Assembly (NCBI RefSeq): GCF_036321535.1
Contig: NC_087437.1
Span: 93,746,001-93,810,000 of the forward strand
Origin: Camelus dromedarius
Lineage: Eukaryota
DNA: 64,000 nucleotides
Direction of reading: 5' to 3'
The position numbers and the translations under genes are program-made. Positions 1 to 12,502 of the stretch are shown piece after piece; positions within the stretch are counted from its first letter, which is position 1, and each line of letters starts with the position of its first letter. The notes under the pieces were generated by a model that did no database searches, was not told the DNA's origin, and saw only the letters and a program-made list of their open reading frames with translations.

Positions 1-99
1 ACAAGACAGATCCTCATGTTTATAAATCCCTCACTATCTCTACTAGTGTGTCTTGGGAATAAGGAGTTATGATGAAGAGCTAATCAGCTAGGGAAGCAC

Positions 100-292
100 G
101 CTTCACGTTGAATCTTGGCTGCACACACCCATTCATGATATTGGCAAGTGAGACTTGCCTGGCTCTTAGTTTCCTCATCTATGTAATTAGAAAACTACCC
201 ACCTTAAAGGGAGTTGTGAGGCTTGAAAGTGATAACATACACTGAAGGCTTGGCTCAGTGTCTGGAACAAAATAGGTTATGAATAACCATGT
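100..292 (+). mobile_element. MIR SINE (core and 3' part)
   Basis: ggcaagt...cttagtttcctcatctatgtaa...gggagttgtgaggctt...ggctcagtgtctggaacaaaatagg follows the MIR core and tail as I recall them. Confidence 0.75.
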
Positions 293-2569
293 TTAAATGA
301 ATAAGATGAAAGTAATATATACAAATTACACTTTATGATCTCTGCTGCTTTATACTATTGCCATTCTTTAAATGATGATTAAAATGATTTTCTTTTCTGT
401 GTGTAAATTTAATGTTAGAAGTCAGATGAGTTCTTTTTTTTTTTTTTTACATTTGCAGGTTTTTAATAGTTTGAAAGTATCAGAGCACCTTACTAATAAG
501 GCTCATAGGACTCTTGCTCTGTTTCTTTATGCTCAGAAATAAAGAACCCATGTTAGATATTCTGAGAGATTTTCCTGTGTATAGTGGTAAAATCACAGAA
601 CCAACATCTATTCTTTCTTTCTTTCTCCATTGGAGAGAATGAAGTCAAATGTGGATGACGTGGTGTCTATTTTTTGTTACCATATATAGATCTACTACTT
701 GAATTAAAACTAAAATGCTGAAAGATCATTCACTTTATTAGCTGCACTGAAATTTCTTAATGAAATAATTTGTCATTTGGATTTCTCTTGTCAAAAAGGG
801 ACTACTAAAGAAAATGTGATGCTGGGTTTTAGCAGCTGCATTTCTAATGGAAAGACAGATCTTTTAATGAAGAGTTTTAAAATGTCAGCGTGTATTGGAA
901 GTACACACTATAATAAGGAGCAGATTATCTTTTTCTTACCTTGCTAAAGGCATATACATGGTGCATCAGTCATGGAATATGCAATAGCCAGAGTTCCATT
1001 TAGGGAAATCTGCTTTACCACAACAACTGAGCTAATATAAGGACATGTTCACTTGTTATACCACAAGCCCACTTAGTTCTAAACAAAATGCATATATACG
1101 TATATGTCTGTCTGTCTGAATACGGAATATAAAGTGGACAAATACATAGAAAGGGTAGGAAGGGTAGGTTGATGAGGAATCAATTGCAAGGTAGCACTGT
1201 TAGTACGTGAATGGTGACGAGATCTATTAAAAATGGGCCTCTGGTTTTGCTTTGTATTGTAGTCCAGAACATCTTCAGTTTCAATAAAGTCCTAGTTCTA
1301 TCTACTAGAATTTCTTTTGCTTCAAAATATAAAATGGTGTTTATTTGGTTCCTCTGTACATGCATTATCTCCTCTAACTTGAAGAAAAAGTATGACTTGC
1401 ACACATAAGAGTTACTAAAACAAATCCTACATTTGACTTAAGTGAGATGCACCGTTAGCAAAGACTGTTATTTTGATATAATAGAAATATTTGAAAACAT
1501 GTTATTAAATGAATTTTAATTCATTAAAATAACATATGGGCAGCATATGTATTTATTTTTCAGAATAAGAATTTAGGATAAAGTTGAATTTCTCCCATTT
1601 TCTCATTTAAATGTAATTTTTTAAAATTTAAGATACAATATTATTAGTTTAAGTGTCTGCAAATACAAAGAAACCTACCTTGCCTACTGGTATTCTTCAA
1701 ATTCTTATTTTCCTTTTTTTTTTTTCAACAACAGAGAATACCCTGGAGTCTAAATTATCTTAATAAGATACAATTAAACTAGATTGCTTTATCTGCTAAT
1801 TAACAAACCTGAGAGTTAGTAATACTACAATAAGCATTATGTTGTCTCTTCTCTGAGAAATTGTTACAGCTTTTACATGATTTATCTAAATCTTATTTTC
1901 TATGAATTCCCTTGAATTGCTACCTAGTTTCTAGTCCCAATCTGTATTTCAGCAAAAATGCATATTGGATCAACCACAGATTTTTCTTGATCCCCAAATG
2001 AAAGTCAGCATTGCTCCAAGTCATCTGCTTTAGAAAGTCCTTGGTGAAAATAGAAAATAAATGCATGCATGTTGTACCTACCCTGTGTCTCAAGTATTCT
2101 TTGAAGATAATAGTATTTCAGTGACTTGGACTACAGTTTGGATAAGTGATCAGTCGGGAACCTGTGCTAGCTTTTTTCGGTCTGGGACTTACAGTTAATA
2201 TACCTTTTCTCATCTTTCATTCCATGTCAAGATTTACATCATTGGCAACACATGACCACAGGACTGCAGCCACAACAGGACTACAGTGGTGGCAGGAAAG
2301 AATAGTTTCAGCATTAGTTTCAGGTGACAAGAATCATACATCTCATAACTTCTCTTCTATCTCCCCTTTCATGTTCCTTTATAGAACTTCCTCTAATTTG
2401 ATTTATTCCACTTGTTCTGAAGACGGTTGAGCATTTTAAAAGCATATGACAAAATTCTTGCCTGAAAGTCATTTATGGACTTTGTAGTGAAATGATGCCG
2501 ACACGCACACAGCGCGTGGGGAATAGGAGAGTCCTTTCACTGATACTGTTGTCAGCTTTCTCTCATAGC

Positions 2570-2690
2570 CTGGAATCCTTTCTCCATTCTTTCCACAAAA
2601 TTTATCTTCTTAAATACACCTTTCTTCCTGTCATTCCTCTCTTCAGAAGCCTTCAGTCATTCTGCAGTGCCTGGAGCAGTTACTCTCCAG
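2570..2690 (+). mobile_element. L2 LINE fragment
   Basis: tttatcttcttaaatacac...tgtcattcctctcttcagaagccttcagt resembles the L2 3' region. Confidence 0.45.
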
Positions 2691-2860
2691 AGTGTTACAA
2701 GGAATAGTAAATCCGTGCAGACGCCAGGTATGGATGGTACACTAAATAAAAATCTATCCAAATAGGGACTACTATTTTCCAAATGTGTATGATGCTGTTA
2801 ATTAAATGTAAATTTCAAATGCTCCTCAGCTTGTAAGTGTGGGGATTTTACATATTTCTC

Positions 2861-3150
2861 AATAACTCACTAATTTTTGAGCTTTTATTTTGTGCCAGTC
2901 AACTTTATATAGATTAATTTCTTCCTTTCAAGCACACATACACACCCACACATACACCCACTCAAATGGATGCATACCCTGACATACAAACACACACAAG
3001 AATGGACATAAAGTTGCTGTCTTCAATTTGCAATGAAGAAGCTGAAATTAAGAGAAGTTAAATTACCTTATGCAGAGCCACATGCCTTGTAAGCAAACAG
3101 AAATTGGGATTTGAACCCAGGAATTTCAACTCAATTATGAATACTTTTAA
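2861..3150 (-). mobile_element. MIR SINE interrupted by a CA-rich tract
   Basis: ttttgagcttttattttgtgccag...gaagaagctgaaattaagagaagttaaattacctt...gggatttgaacccagg is antisense MIR; CA-rich insert at about 2933-2998. Confidence 0.75.
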
Positions 3151-3302
3151 TCATACACCCAGTTCAGTTGCTACTTTTTGGGAGTTCATGAAACTTTTTT
3201 GTTATTAAAAAACACTCATACTTTAAAAGTTTGGAAGCCAATACTGTAGAGAATTGAGCGCTTCATAACCCTTACTGAGTATAATATTGACAGGTGTGCT
3301 AC

Positions 3303-3593
3303 AATCATTTCCTAAATTGAGTTTCAAATAGTGTTTCAAATATTAACAAAGATGGGATGTAAAAGAGTTGTTTTGTGACCTTTTAATTTTAGGAAAAACT
3401 GAACATTTTAGCTCATAGTGGAGATTTGCGGTGTATATCAGCATATTGAATTCTCTGAGAAACTCAGCATGAATAAAACTGTTCACTGTTTCTCTACTTC
3501 AAGATTTCCCACTTTAATTTTTCATAGACCCTAACTGTGGGAAATGTTTATTCTGTTAAATAATGTTCTGTGATAGAACATTTGGGGAAACAA
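3303..3593. mobile_element. MER103-like hAT-Charlie non-autonomous DNA transposon
   Basis: Internal ggagatttgcggtgtatatcagcatattgaattctctgagaaactcagc and terminal gaacatttggggaaaca resemble MER103; the left end catttcctaaa is a decayed TIR. Confidence 0.55.
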
Positions 3594-3899
3594 GCATCCA
3601 AAAGATCAAGTTTCCAGTCTTATATTCAACTACTGTCCCAAAGAACCTCCGAGTTTAATCTTGATCATACGTCATTCTTACATCTGTGCCTTTCTTCACT
3701 TTGTTAGCCTCTCCCCACCTGAAATTTACTTCAGGTCCTCCTGGCTTTCCACATTGTCCAGGAATATTTGCTAAACAACTATCCAACTCATGAGAATGCT
3801 GCCTTTTCTGAATTCAATTTGCAGGGAATCATGCATTGCCTTGTGACATTTCGTATAATTCATGTTCCTTTTTTTTTTTTTTTTTATCACATACAACGT

Positions 3900-4005
3900 A
3901 ACGTTAGGCACTGTATGCAACAATGGCTGCTTATAGATTTTTGTATGACTTAGATTCTTAGTCCAATTGCTTACATAGAGTAAGCACTCAAATATGTATT
4001 GTTGT
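3900..4005 (+). mobile_element. L2 3' end
   Basis: acatagagtaagcactcaaatatgtattgttg matches the L2/MIR terminal motif. Confidence 0.45.
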
Positions 4006-4105
4006 ACTGGTGATTGTTAACCTAATGCTCTTTTGTTACTAAGACAATGTAAAATTCATGCAACTCAGGAAACTAGGGACTTTTAAATAAAATGTCTCTT
4101 TTGAC

Positions 4106-4445
4106 TGTATCAGTCAGTCAATGCTAGGGCCACGTGGTCACTAACAACCACAAACCTCAGGGGCTTCCAACAAAAGAGATTTGTCTCTCCTGGGTAAGCA
4201 GTGATTCTGCTGCAGCTCTGTACTATTTGGAGGCTGAAACTAAAGGAATAGTCCCTGTCTAGGGGCATTGCATGTGTCATAGCTCAGATAGAAGAGAACT
4301 TATAGGAACTAAGCAACAGATCTGAAAGCATCTGCTGAGAATTGGCATATCACTCCAGACCTCTTGGTGACCAAGCGTGACATCAATGAGATGATGCACA
4401 CGATTATCCTATGAGAAAGGGAAAGGAACATGTCTCAACCATGCA
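4106..4445 (-). mobile_element. MaLR LTR, MLT1I/J-like
   Basis: Begins tgtatcagtcagtcaatgctag...aacaaccacaaacctcaggggctt (antisense LTR 3' end); internal aaagcatctgctgagaattggcat and gaccaagcgtgacatcaatg. Confidence 0.65.
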
Positions 4446-5487
4446 GCCTACCCCAAAAGCCTAATTTAGAGCCTGAGTGACCCCTTTAATGCTTATTTTT
4501 TTGAAACAAAATAGTTGAGTGAAAAATATTTTTCTGTATAATAAATGATGCATATAAAAGCCCATTTTGAGAGAGATCGCCAAAGTTATTTAATTCAAAA
4601 CATGGAAAATTAATTGATGCAGAGGAATTGGTACAAAAAATAAAACTACTTGGGCTACAAGCTTTATTTTTAAGGCTAATTGATAATTTAATAGTAAGCT
4701 AATATCTGTCCCTGCTCTGTGTCCATTAATCTGTGATAGGTTGGCTATGGGGGAGTTAAAAGCATTTGTAGGTATAGATCTATCTTCACATGAAGTATAC
4801 ACTCTAGTATTAAGTCCCTGGTAAAGTTGGTGGTGAGGACATTTTATAAAATAATAATAATAGTAATAAATTGTTTGGAGTTTTAAATAAAATACGTCAA
4901 TAAAATTTAAATAAAATGTTGATTTGTAGGGCAGTCATTCTGTGGAAAACTCACAACCAGCTTTTCAAAATATATGTGCAAAAACACACATATTCAAGGT
5001 TTATATGTATTTTAAGCATATAAAACTGGGAAGTTCACAGTGCTACTTCCTAGTGATTACGCTGGAAGGAAATAATTAAGAGAGTTTCAGAGATGTACCA
5101 AAATAATGATACTGAAGGATGGTGAATAGGTGGGATTTAAAAATGTATTCCTTGTAAACTGATTATACTTCAGTAAAAAAAAAAAAATGTGTTCCTTCTT
5201 GTATACAGAACAGGAAGGAGAGTGAAAATAGTTGTGCAGGTCAGCGGTGGATGAACTGGCTTACTCTCACTCTGATTGTCATGCAGATCAATTTAAAAAA
5301 TGTAGGTGGGAAAGAGATTGCAAAATAGTATGAGGGTGCTGTTGGCATTTCTAAGTCTCAGGAAAAATGAAATTACCTTTCCTCAAGTATCCCCAGGTAT
5401 CGCTTACTTGTCATATATCTAGAGAAATCACTATGAACTCTTTAAGTGTTAAAAATAGATACATAGAGAATTTGAAAAATTACCGCT

Positions 5488-5632
5488 AGTTACTAGTTAG
5501 CTGTGTGACTATGTAAATATTTGTACCTCAGGCATCTCATGTATGAAATGGGAAATACGATTTATCTTGAAGTTTGTTAATATAAGTTAGTATCAATAAA
5601 TACTTAATAGAATTCTTAGCTATTCACAGTAG
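5488..5632 (+). mobile_element. MIR fragment
   Basis: ttagctgtgtgact...tacctcaggcatctcatgtatgaaatgggaaata matches the MIR core. Confidence 0.6.
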
Positions 5633-6312
5633 TAGTATGATTTTTATTTCATACATGAGCCAAAAAGTAATTTTATAAATATACACTAAGACTTCTTAAT
5701 ATATTTTATGCATAAAATCATAAAGTGTCTACCTTTTTAAAAAGCAATAGTACTTTGTAGTCATGAATTTGAGTCAAAATGATCAATTTGATAAGTACTT
5801 TTTAAAGTATTTTCCATATTGACATGCAAGGTTTTTCTGAAGATAATTTTAAATCACTTTTAAAGTGAGACATCAAAATATCTATTCTATTTTAAAATGA
5901 AGTTATTAAATACTGAGATTATACAATGAATGTATAAGTAATAGATATGAAATTCACTACACTAAAGCCAATTGAATTTTTGACATAATAACATATTCAG
6001 AAATTTTTCAAGCATAAAGGCTGTTAAACTTAAATATGTTTGAAGGGTAAAAGCCTTCTCAAAAATATTTACTAATAAGAATCAAAACAATACATGCTTA
6101 ATTTCCTGAAATCAGAGTTTCTCTTTGAGCTTTGAATTCATTGCTGCCAGCATTCCTCCGATTTCATTTGTCTTGCTGCCTGAAGTCTTCTGACTTTAGT
6201 AATGGAAATCAAATCCCATTGGACATGACAACCAACTTGATAAGAGAGTAAATCAATATAGGAAATGTGAAAAAAACTTGACAGTTTTTGTTGTTCTATT
6301 AAGTGATCTATA

Positions 6313-6337
6313 GTTTGTTTGTTTGTTTGTTTGTTTT
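6313..6337. repeat. (GTTT)n microsatellite
   Basis: Seen directly. Confidence 0.9.
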
Positions 6338-6629
6338 GCTTTAAAGCGATTTTGACCCACCCACATTTACTGAATGCTTTGGAGTAAGCCTGTATTTTTT
6401 TCTAAAGCAAACGTATTTAAAAGCCATTGAAGCCTTTTCTTTTGTTGTTTCAATGTTTGTAAGGTTCAGAATGCTCATATTGAGGCCTTTTAATGTTTAA
6501 AGAAAAGTAAATGCAATAAATGGTCACTCCCATTTTCTGATTAATAACAGGCTTTTGAATTAGAGGAAAAATGCCACCCACATACGACTGTCTTTTGCCT
6601 ACAGCCTAATCACTTGCTTGTATTGTCGT

Positions 6630-6770
6630 TCTTGATTGATTTGTCACTTGGTGGCAGCTGTACTGTGTCTTTGAAGAGCTTTTGTATAGATTTAATCAAG
6701 AAATGGAAATCACGTCTTTGATTGACACTAATAATTTATAATCATTTACTCTAGCTAGAACAGCTGCATC
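6630..6770. promoter_or_regulatory. Candidate enhancer: PBX/MEIS motifs, E-boxes and a CTCF-like site
   Basis: TGATTGAT 6633-6640, TGTCA 6642-6646, TCACTTGGTGGCAGC 6644-6658, TGATTGACAC 6719-6728, CAGCTG at 6655 and 6761; motif evidence only. Confidence 0.3.
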
Positions 6771-7715
6771 TCTTTAAGGTTCTGAAAAAGTAAAGTCCTT
6801 TGCATTTTCTTTTTCACCTTTCATTTCAAATCAATTTAGGTAGGTAGTCATGGGGGAAAATTGTCAATTTGGAATAGTATATATTGCATTATAATTTTTA
6901 AAAAGTAGAGTAAAAACCATTCACCTGTTTGTGTATAAAAATATCTTAAATAATTCCATTAAAATGTAAAGAAAATTTGAAAATATAGTAGTGAGATGTG
7001 TATTGCCTAAAAATGCTTGCCTTGATGGTACAAGCATGTGATTTTAAACTATTCTAAAAATGATAAAAGAACACCACTTATCATAGAGTTTCTATAATTA
7101 AGGCCAAAGCTTTAATTTGATATCTGTTAATAAGACGCAGAGAAATGCAGATGTGTCCTCCCAAGTCTATCAAAAGCGGGTGTGCCGGTGCCGTGGATTC
7201 TGACACCATATGTAATGAGACTGCTGCTTGCTTTGCCACCTTCAGGAATTTTTCTTCATTTAATTATTATCAGGTCATCTTTATTTGTTCACTCTTCAAT
7301 CATAGAAATTTATTTGTAAGTTGTACAGCAAATATATTTGTAATTTGCACACCAGCTGCGTTAGATTAATACACATGTATCTGTGTATGCAGAGAGACAT
7401 AGGTACCATTATACATCACATGTATTTTTATGTCAGTTACGAGTCTGAGGCCACTGGCCTTTAAGTTTATCTATCTGATAATCCATTAGAGGGAATTCTG
7501 TGCAGATGTTCTTGCCAAGTTTCTCTCCAAACCTAAAAATTTGGGGGGGAAGATGATAGGCTGTGAATGAATTTTCTTCTGGGCCAAATTCACAACAAAT
7601 ACTATTTTTAAACTAAATCAATCTGTTTCTCTCCCGGTCATCTCTCAACCCTCCCATTACAAAGGATATTTTCCCCCTCTAAAGTCCAGTAGGATTTTCA
7701 TACATATAATGCATT

Positions 7716-7868
7716 CTATCTAGATTTGTGGATATTTTCAGGATCAGCTCATGTTCTGTTCCTTGGGGATCAGGTCCATGTCTGATTCATTTTTCTCTTG
7801 TTGGCATGACATAACACCATGCTCTGAGCACTGCAGGTGGGAAATAAATATTTGTTTAACAAATGATG
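7716..7868 (+). mobile_element. L2 3' end
   Basis: ccttggggatcaggtccatgtctgattcat...aataaatatttgtttaacaaatga. Confidence 0.6.
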
Positions 7869-8819
7869 ACAAATAAGTTGGTAACTGCATGAAGGTAGTG
7901 ATCCTTCAAGATTCCTCCAATGTCATGAAATAACAAATAACAAAATAACAAAATCATTAGAAAGTCTACTGGAATAAAGAAAACATTATTTGAGTACATC
8001 ATCTGCTTGGCAGATCTTATAGATTATTTCCTCAAATGTGATTAAAAAGGAAGATATCACAAAAAATAATTTTTTTTCATATTTATTATTTGGCTTTTTG
8101 AATATATTAGTAGACGTATGGGGTACATTTTTCCTAATATGAAAATTCAACTCTGCCTTGTCTCTTCAGCTTTTGCCGTTTTAAAAAGCTAGGTGATTAT
8201 CTTCCAAACAGTCCTGGAGCATGAATAAGTTTAGGGGTGTCAATGCTCATATGGATTATTGAATTATTTATACTTCTCAGAAAAAAATATATAAATAAAT
8301 CATATTTTTATAACAACTCACACATTCTTTTTTTTTTTTATTTTGTAGTGAAACAGATTTAGTTAAAACATTATAGACTAAATAAGATGCTTTTAATAGT
8401 TCAGCACTATTTTTCCAGTGTTTTTTCTAGGTCTCCATATCTATATTTTCTTCTAGATTATATATGTTTTACTCTTTGAAAATAATATTTTAACTGAAAG
8501 GAAGGAAAGTCTGGATTCATGTTTAATTCACAGGATTGCCTCAACTCAACAAATATTTGGACTTATGAAAATTACACTTAGGTCTCCAGGAATCTTTTCC
8601 ACAGGGATTTAGAATGGCATCTCTAAGCTCTCTGTGGAAAATCAATAGCTTTTGCAGTTTCACACCCAAATTCAAAATAATCTTTATTTTACACATAGAG
8701 GATGTTTGGGAATGTTCAGTTGATACTATGAAGATATAAACTAAAAACAGAAAGGTATAAAAACACAACTCATGTAAACATGGAAACTAGAGGTAAATTG
8801 TATGAATTGCTCCAATTAT

Positions 8820-9302
8820 CATAAAATATTCAGTTGCAAGGGGTAATACAGAGACTGCCTGTATCCTTTACCTAGTTTTCCCAGTGGTACTATCTTGCAA
8901 ACCTATAGTACAGTGTCACAGCATTACAAGGACACTGACATCGATTTAGTGTAATTATAGAATATTTCCATCACCACGAGTCTCCCTCCCATTCCTGTTT
9001 CATAGGCATATCCACCACTCTTCCCTCATCTCTAACTTTTGGCAACCATTAACCTGTTGTCCATTTCTAAAGTGTTATCCTTTTGCTAATGTCATATACA
9101 TGAAATTATACAGTAAGTAACCTGTTGGGATTGAATTTTTCCATTCAGCATGATTCCTTGAAGACTCATTTAAGTTGTTGCCTGTATCATAGTTTGTTCC
9201 TTTTTATTGCCAAGTATGGTATGGACATACTACAGTTTTTAAATCATTCACCACTTGAAGGACTTCTGGTTTGTTTCCAGTTGTTGACTATTATGAATAA
9301 AA
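8820..9302 (-). mobile_element. L1MC-like 3' end (3'UTR and end of ORF2)
   Basis: cctagttttcccagtggtactatcttgcaaacctatagtacagtgtcaca...ggcaaccattaacctgttgtccatttcta...ccacttgaaggacttctggtttgtttccagttgttgactattatgaataa. Confidence 0.8.
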
Positions 9303-9379
9303 GGGTTTCATTTCTTGCCATCCTGTGAGTTATTAGACTATTTTGGGGAATTCTGTCTTGATAGTTACATACTTTTTCA

Positions 9380-10325
9380 GTAGTTCCTCTTTACAGTACA
9401 GTATATATAAGTCCTATCAGTCAACAGGTATCAACATTTTATCATTTCAAGTAGAGCGTGGATATCTTTCTTCCATTTAGATATATTTACCCTCCCCACT
9501 ATTAAATAAAATTATCTTGAGTATTGGATGGTATTATAATTTTTTAATTATCACGTATTTAAAAACTGAATGAGGATAGTCTATTTTATACTTTCTTACA
9601 TTTCTGCTCTTTCAATTTTACCTTCTTCCCATCTGATGACCGAAGATTTCTTCTTTTATTTTTCCTTTTCTGTTTTGTAAGTGCCTTTTGCCGTTCTTTA
9701 AGGGGAGGTCAGCTAGTGACAAATTCAAACTTTCTTTTTTCTGAGGATGTCATTATTTCCTCTTCATTCATGTAAAATAGTTATACCAGCTATAGACTCT
9801 GAAAAATAATAAGAATATTATTCCACCTTCTTCTGATTTTAGATGAGAAATGTATTGCCATTAGAACTGATGTTCCGCTGTAAGTATCACTATGGCTACT
9901 TTCAAGATTTTTTCTTTATTTTCAGAAGTTTAACTATCATATTTTTGGTGTGTATTTTTGTGGGATTATGTTGTTTCTGATTTGCTCATCCTGTTGCATA
10001 TATGAGCTTATGTCTTTCAGCAAATTGAGACGTTTTCATGCATCATTTTTTGGGACACTTTCGTGTATCACTCTTTCTCCTTTTATCTGAGACTGTCTAC
10101 AAATGTTGGAAATTTTGTAATTGTCTTGTAAGTCCTTGAGACTTAAAAATTTCCTTTTTTTCAGTCTATTTTTTGTCTGTCATTCAAAATGGGCAAATTC
10201 TATTGATCTGTCCGAAAGTTCATTGATCCTAGCCTCTGTCTTTTCCACTCTATTAATCCCATATAGCACATTTTTAAAACAATTGCATTTTTTTCAGTTC
10301 TGCGATTTCATTTTGAGATCATATT
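9380..10325 (-). mobile_element. Old L1M inter-ORF/ORF1 region
   Basis: ctgaggatgtcattatttcctcttcattc, gatgagaaatgtattgccatt, ttcaagattttttctttattttcagaagtttaactat and ttctattgatctgtccgaaagttcattgat are typical antisense L1M ORF1 motifs. Confidence 0.75.
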
Positions 10326-10334
10326 TGAAATGTC

Positions 10335-10727
10335 AGTGACTTCTGCATTGGGTGCTTTCTCTTGCTCTCTCCTTTGTCTCTTTCTCATCATTAGTGTTGG
10401 AAGAAGTGCTGTGAATTGTGAATGGCCCTATACAGGGACCCACATACGATGATGAGGCCTGAACCAATAGCCCGAAAGGTTCTAAAGGCTACCCACAATC
10501 ACATGAGTGATCTCAGTAGTGCATCCCTCAGCCTCAGTCAAGTCTTGAGACAACTGCATCCCTGTTCAACAGTTTAACTACAATCTCACAGGAGATCTTG
10601 AGTCAGAGACACCAGACTAAGTTGTGCTTGGATTGTTGACCATGGAAACAGATATTAATTAATATTTGTTGGTTTAAGCTGCTACATTCTGAGATAGTTT
10701 TTTACTCAGCAATAAATAACCAGTGCA
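10335..10727 (+). mobile_element. MaLR LTR, MLT1E/F-like (5' truncated)
   Basis: cacatgagtgatctcag...agtcaagtcttgagacaactgcatccc...ggtttaagctgctacattctgagatagttttttactcagcaataaataaccagtgca. Confidence 0.8.
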
Positions 10728-10901
10728 ATCCAGTCATCATATCTGAAGGAGTGACTATTGTTCTCTTTATGTAACTTTTTTTTCCCATTGTTCTTGGTTA
10801 CTAGCTAACCCAGGTCATAACATAATACAGTTACCATTTCTTCAATAAGAGTTTTTATATATGTTTATCTCCAGGAGCATAATAGAGGTTTCTTCCAGGT
10901 T

Positions 10902-11375
10902 TATATTAGTTAGGGTAAACTTAGCTTTTATCTTAACTACAGTGCTTTTATCTTATTTAGCTTTAACGCATACTAAAAAAAAAAAAACAAAACTGATTAC
11001 AAAATATAGTAACTTAAATAAGATGGTAATTTTTTCTCTCATAGTCTGAAAGTTAACACCTCTTTTTGATGAGTTAGCTCAAGTTCACAAACTTTCGGGT
11101 TCCCAGTTTCCTCTCGTTGCGTCATCCAGCAGTCTCCTAGCAAGTGGGAACTGTTTTCCATCTCCATATCTGTGTACATCTACAAATGGAAAACAAAAAG
11201 AAAGAAGGGCACTCATGTTATGAGCAAGACTCAGAAGTGGCATGATGTGATGATTCATCTGTTATCACCCGATACAAATGAAGCTGGAAAATGTAGTCCA
11301 AGGTATGTAAATGCCCAGTATTATTACACAAAAGTGGGAAAACAAATACTGAAAAACGATTAGCAGTCTTTCAGG
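10902..11375 (-). mobile_element. MaLR LTR, MLT1K-like
   Basis: caaaatatagtaacttaaataagatgg...cagaagtggcat...aagctggaaaatgtagtc...gattagcagtct. Confidence 0.65.
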
Positions 11376-12020
11376 GAATCTATAGTGTTTTGTATTCTCC
11401 ACAGTCTACATCTTGGATGTATTCCTACTCAGAAGGACCAATTAAACACAGGCAAAGGAGATATCCATTACCTATTTATTTAGGTATATAGGACAGTACT
11501 TTGTATTCAGTCATTATTCACATCTATAGTATTTTATTATTGGAATAACAATAATAATTCTTAGAATATATTCGAACAGTTGTTAATGGATCACCTCCCT
11601 TTTCCTCACATCCACAGCTCTCCTGTCATGGCCATGAGAGATTCATCACAGTTTCTGGGAGTGACTGTATTAAGCCCCAGTATACAGAATTTTAAGGGAT
11701 CACTGCTCTCCACTACCAACCCATCTAGGACCCAGTACATGGCCTCATTTCTTTTGGATACCTAGTGAGAAAATTCTGTTCCCAGTTACAGAATTATGAT
11801 TATCTGTTGCTATTTTTAAAAAAACATCCCCAAGCTTTAGTTTAATGTTATCTTTCATATTTCTGAAAATTGATTGAAGTCAGGACATCTCTTTGTTATG
11901 GTCTGTAGCACCGTTGCTTTCAGTGGTGGCTAAAGCTGTAGTGATGTGAAGGTTCACTTCCACTGAATAGACGAGATAGCTTACATACTAACCTACTTAT
12001 ATGTCTTGTCCCTTGGGTGG

Positions 12021-12502
12021 GATGGTACATAGAATAGTGCTCCTCCCCACCAAAAAATGTTGTCTACATTCTAACTGTCCCTGGAACATGTGATACATGA
12101 AAAAAGGGGCTTTGCACACGTGAGTAACTTAAAGCTCTTGAGATGGAAGAATTACCTGGGGGGACTTGATGTAATCATAGAAGTCCTTCAAAGAGGGAGG
12201 CAAGACAGTCAGAGGAAGAAAAGGAGATGTGGAATAGGAAGCAGAGGTTGAAGTGATGTCATGGTGAGGAAGTGGCCAGGAGCGAAGGAATGCAGGTGGC
12301 CTTTAGATACTACAAGAAGCAAGAAAACAGATTCTCCCCTCAGAGACTTGAGAAGTAACTAGCTCTACTGATACCTGGTGGTTAGCCTTCCGTTACTAAT
12401 TTTTACTTTTGCTCTCCAAAATGGTAAGATAAAAAAATTACATGGTTTTAAGCCACTAAGTTTATGGGAATTGGTTACAGGAGTTGATGAGAAACTAATA
12501 CC
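12021..12502 (+). mobile_element. MLT1D solo LTR, near full length
   Basis: Collinear with the MLT1D consensus from tggtacatagaatagtg through ggggctttgcacacgtgag and gaaaacagattctcccct to ttttaagccactaagtttatgg...gaaactaatac. Confidence 0.9.

Noticed and set aside
431..543. Plus-strand acceptor (poly-T...ttgcag) opening VFNSLKVSEH...
   Set aside because: Stops after 27 codons, has no donor, and the peptide is unrecognised
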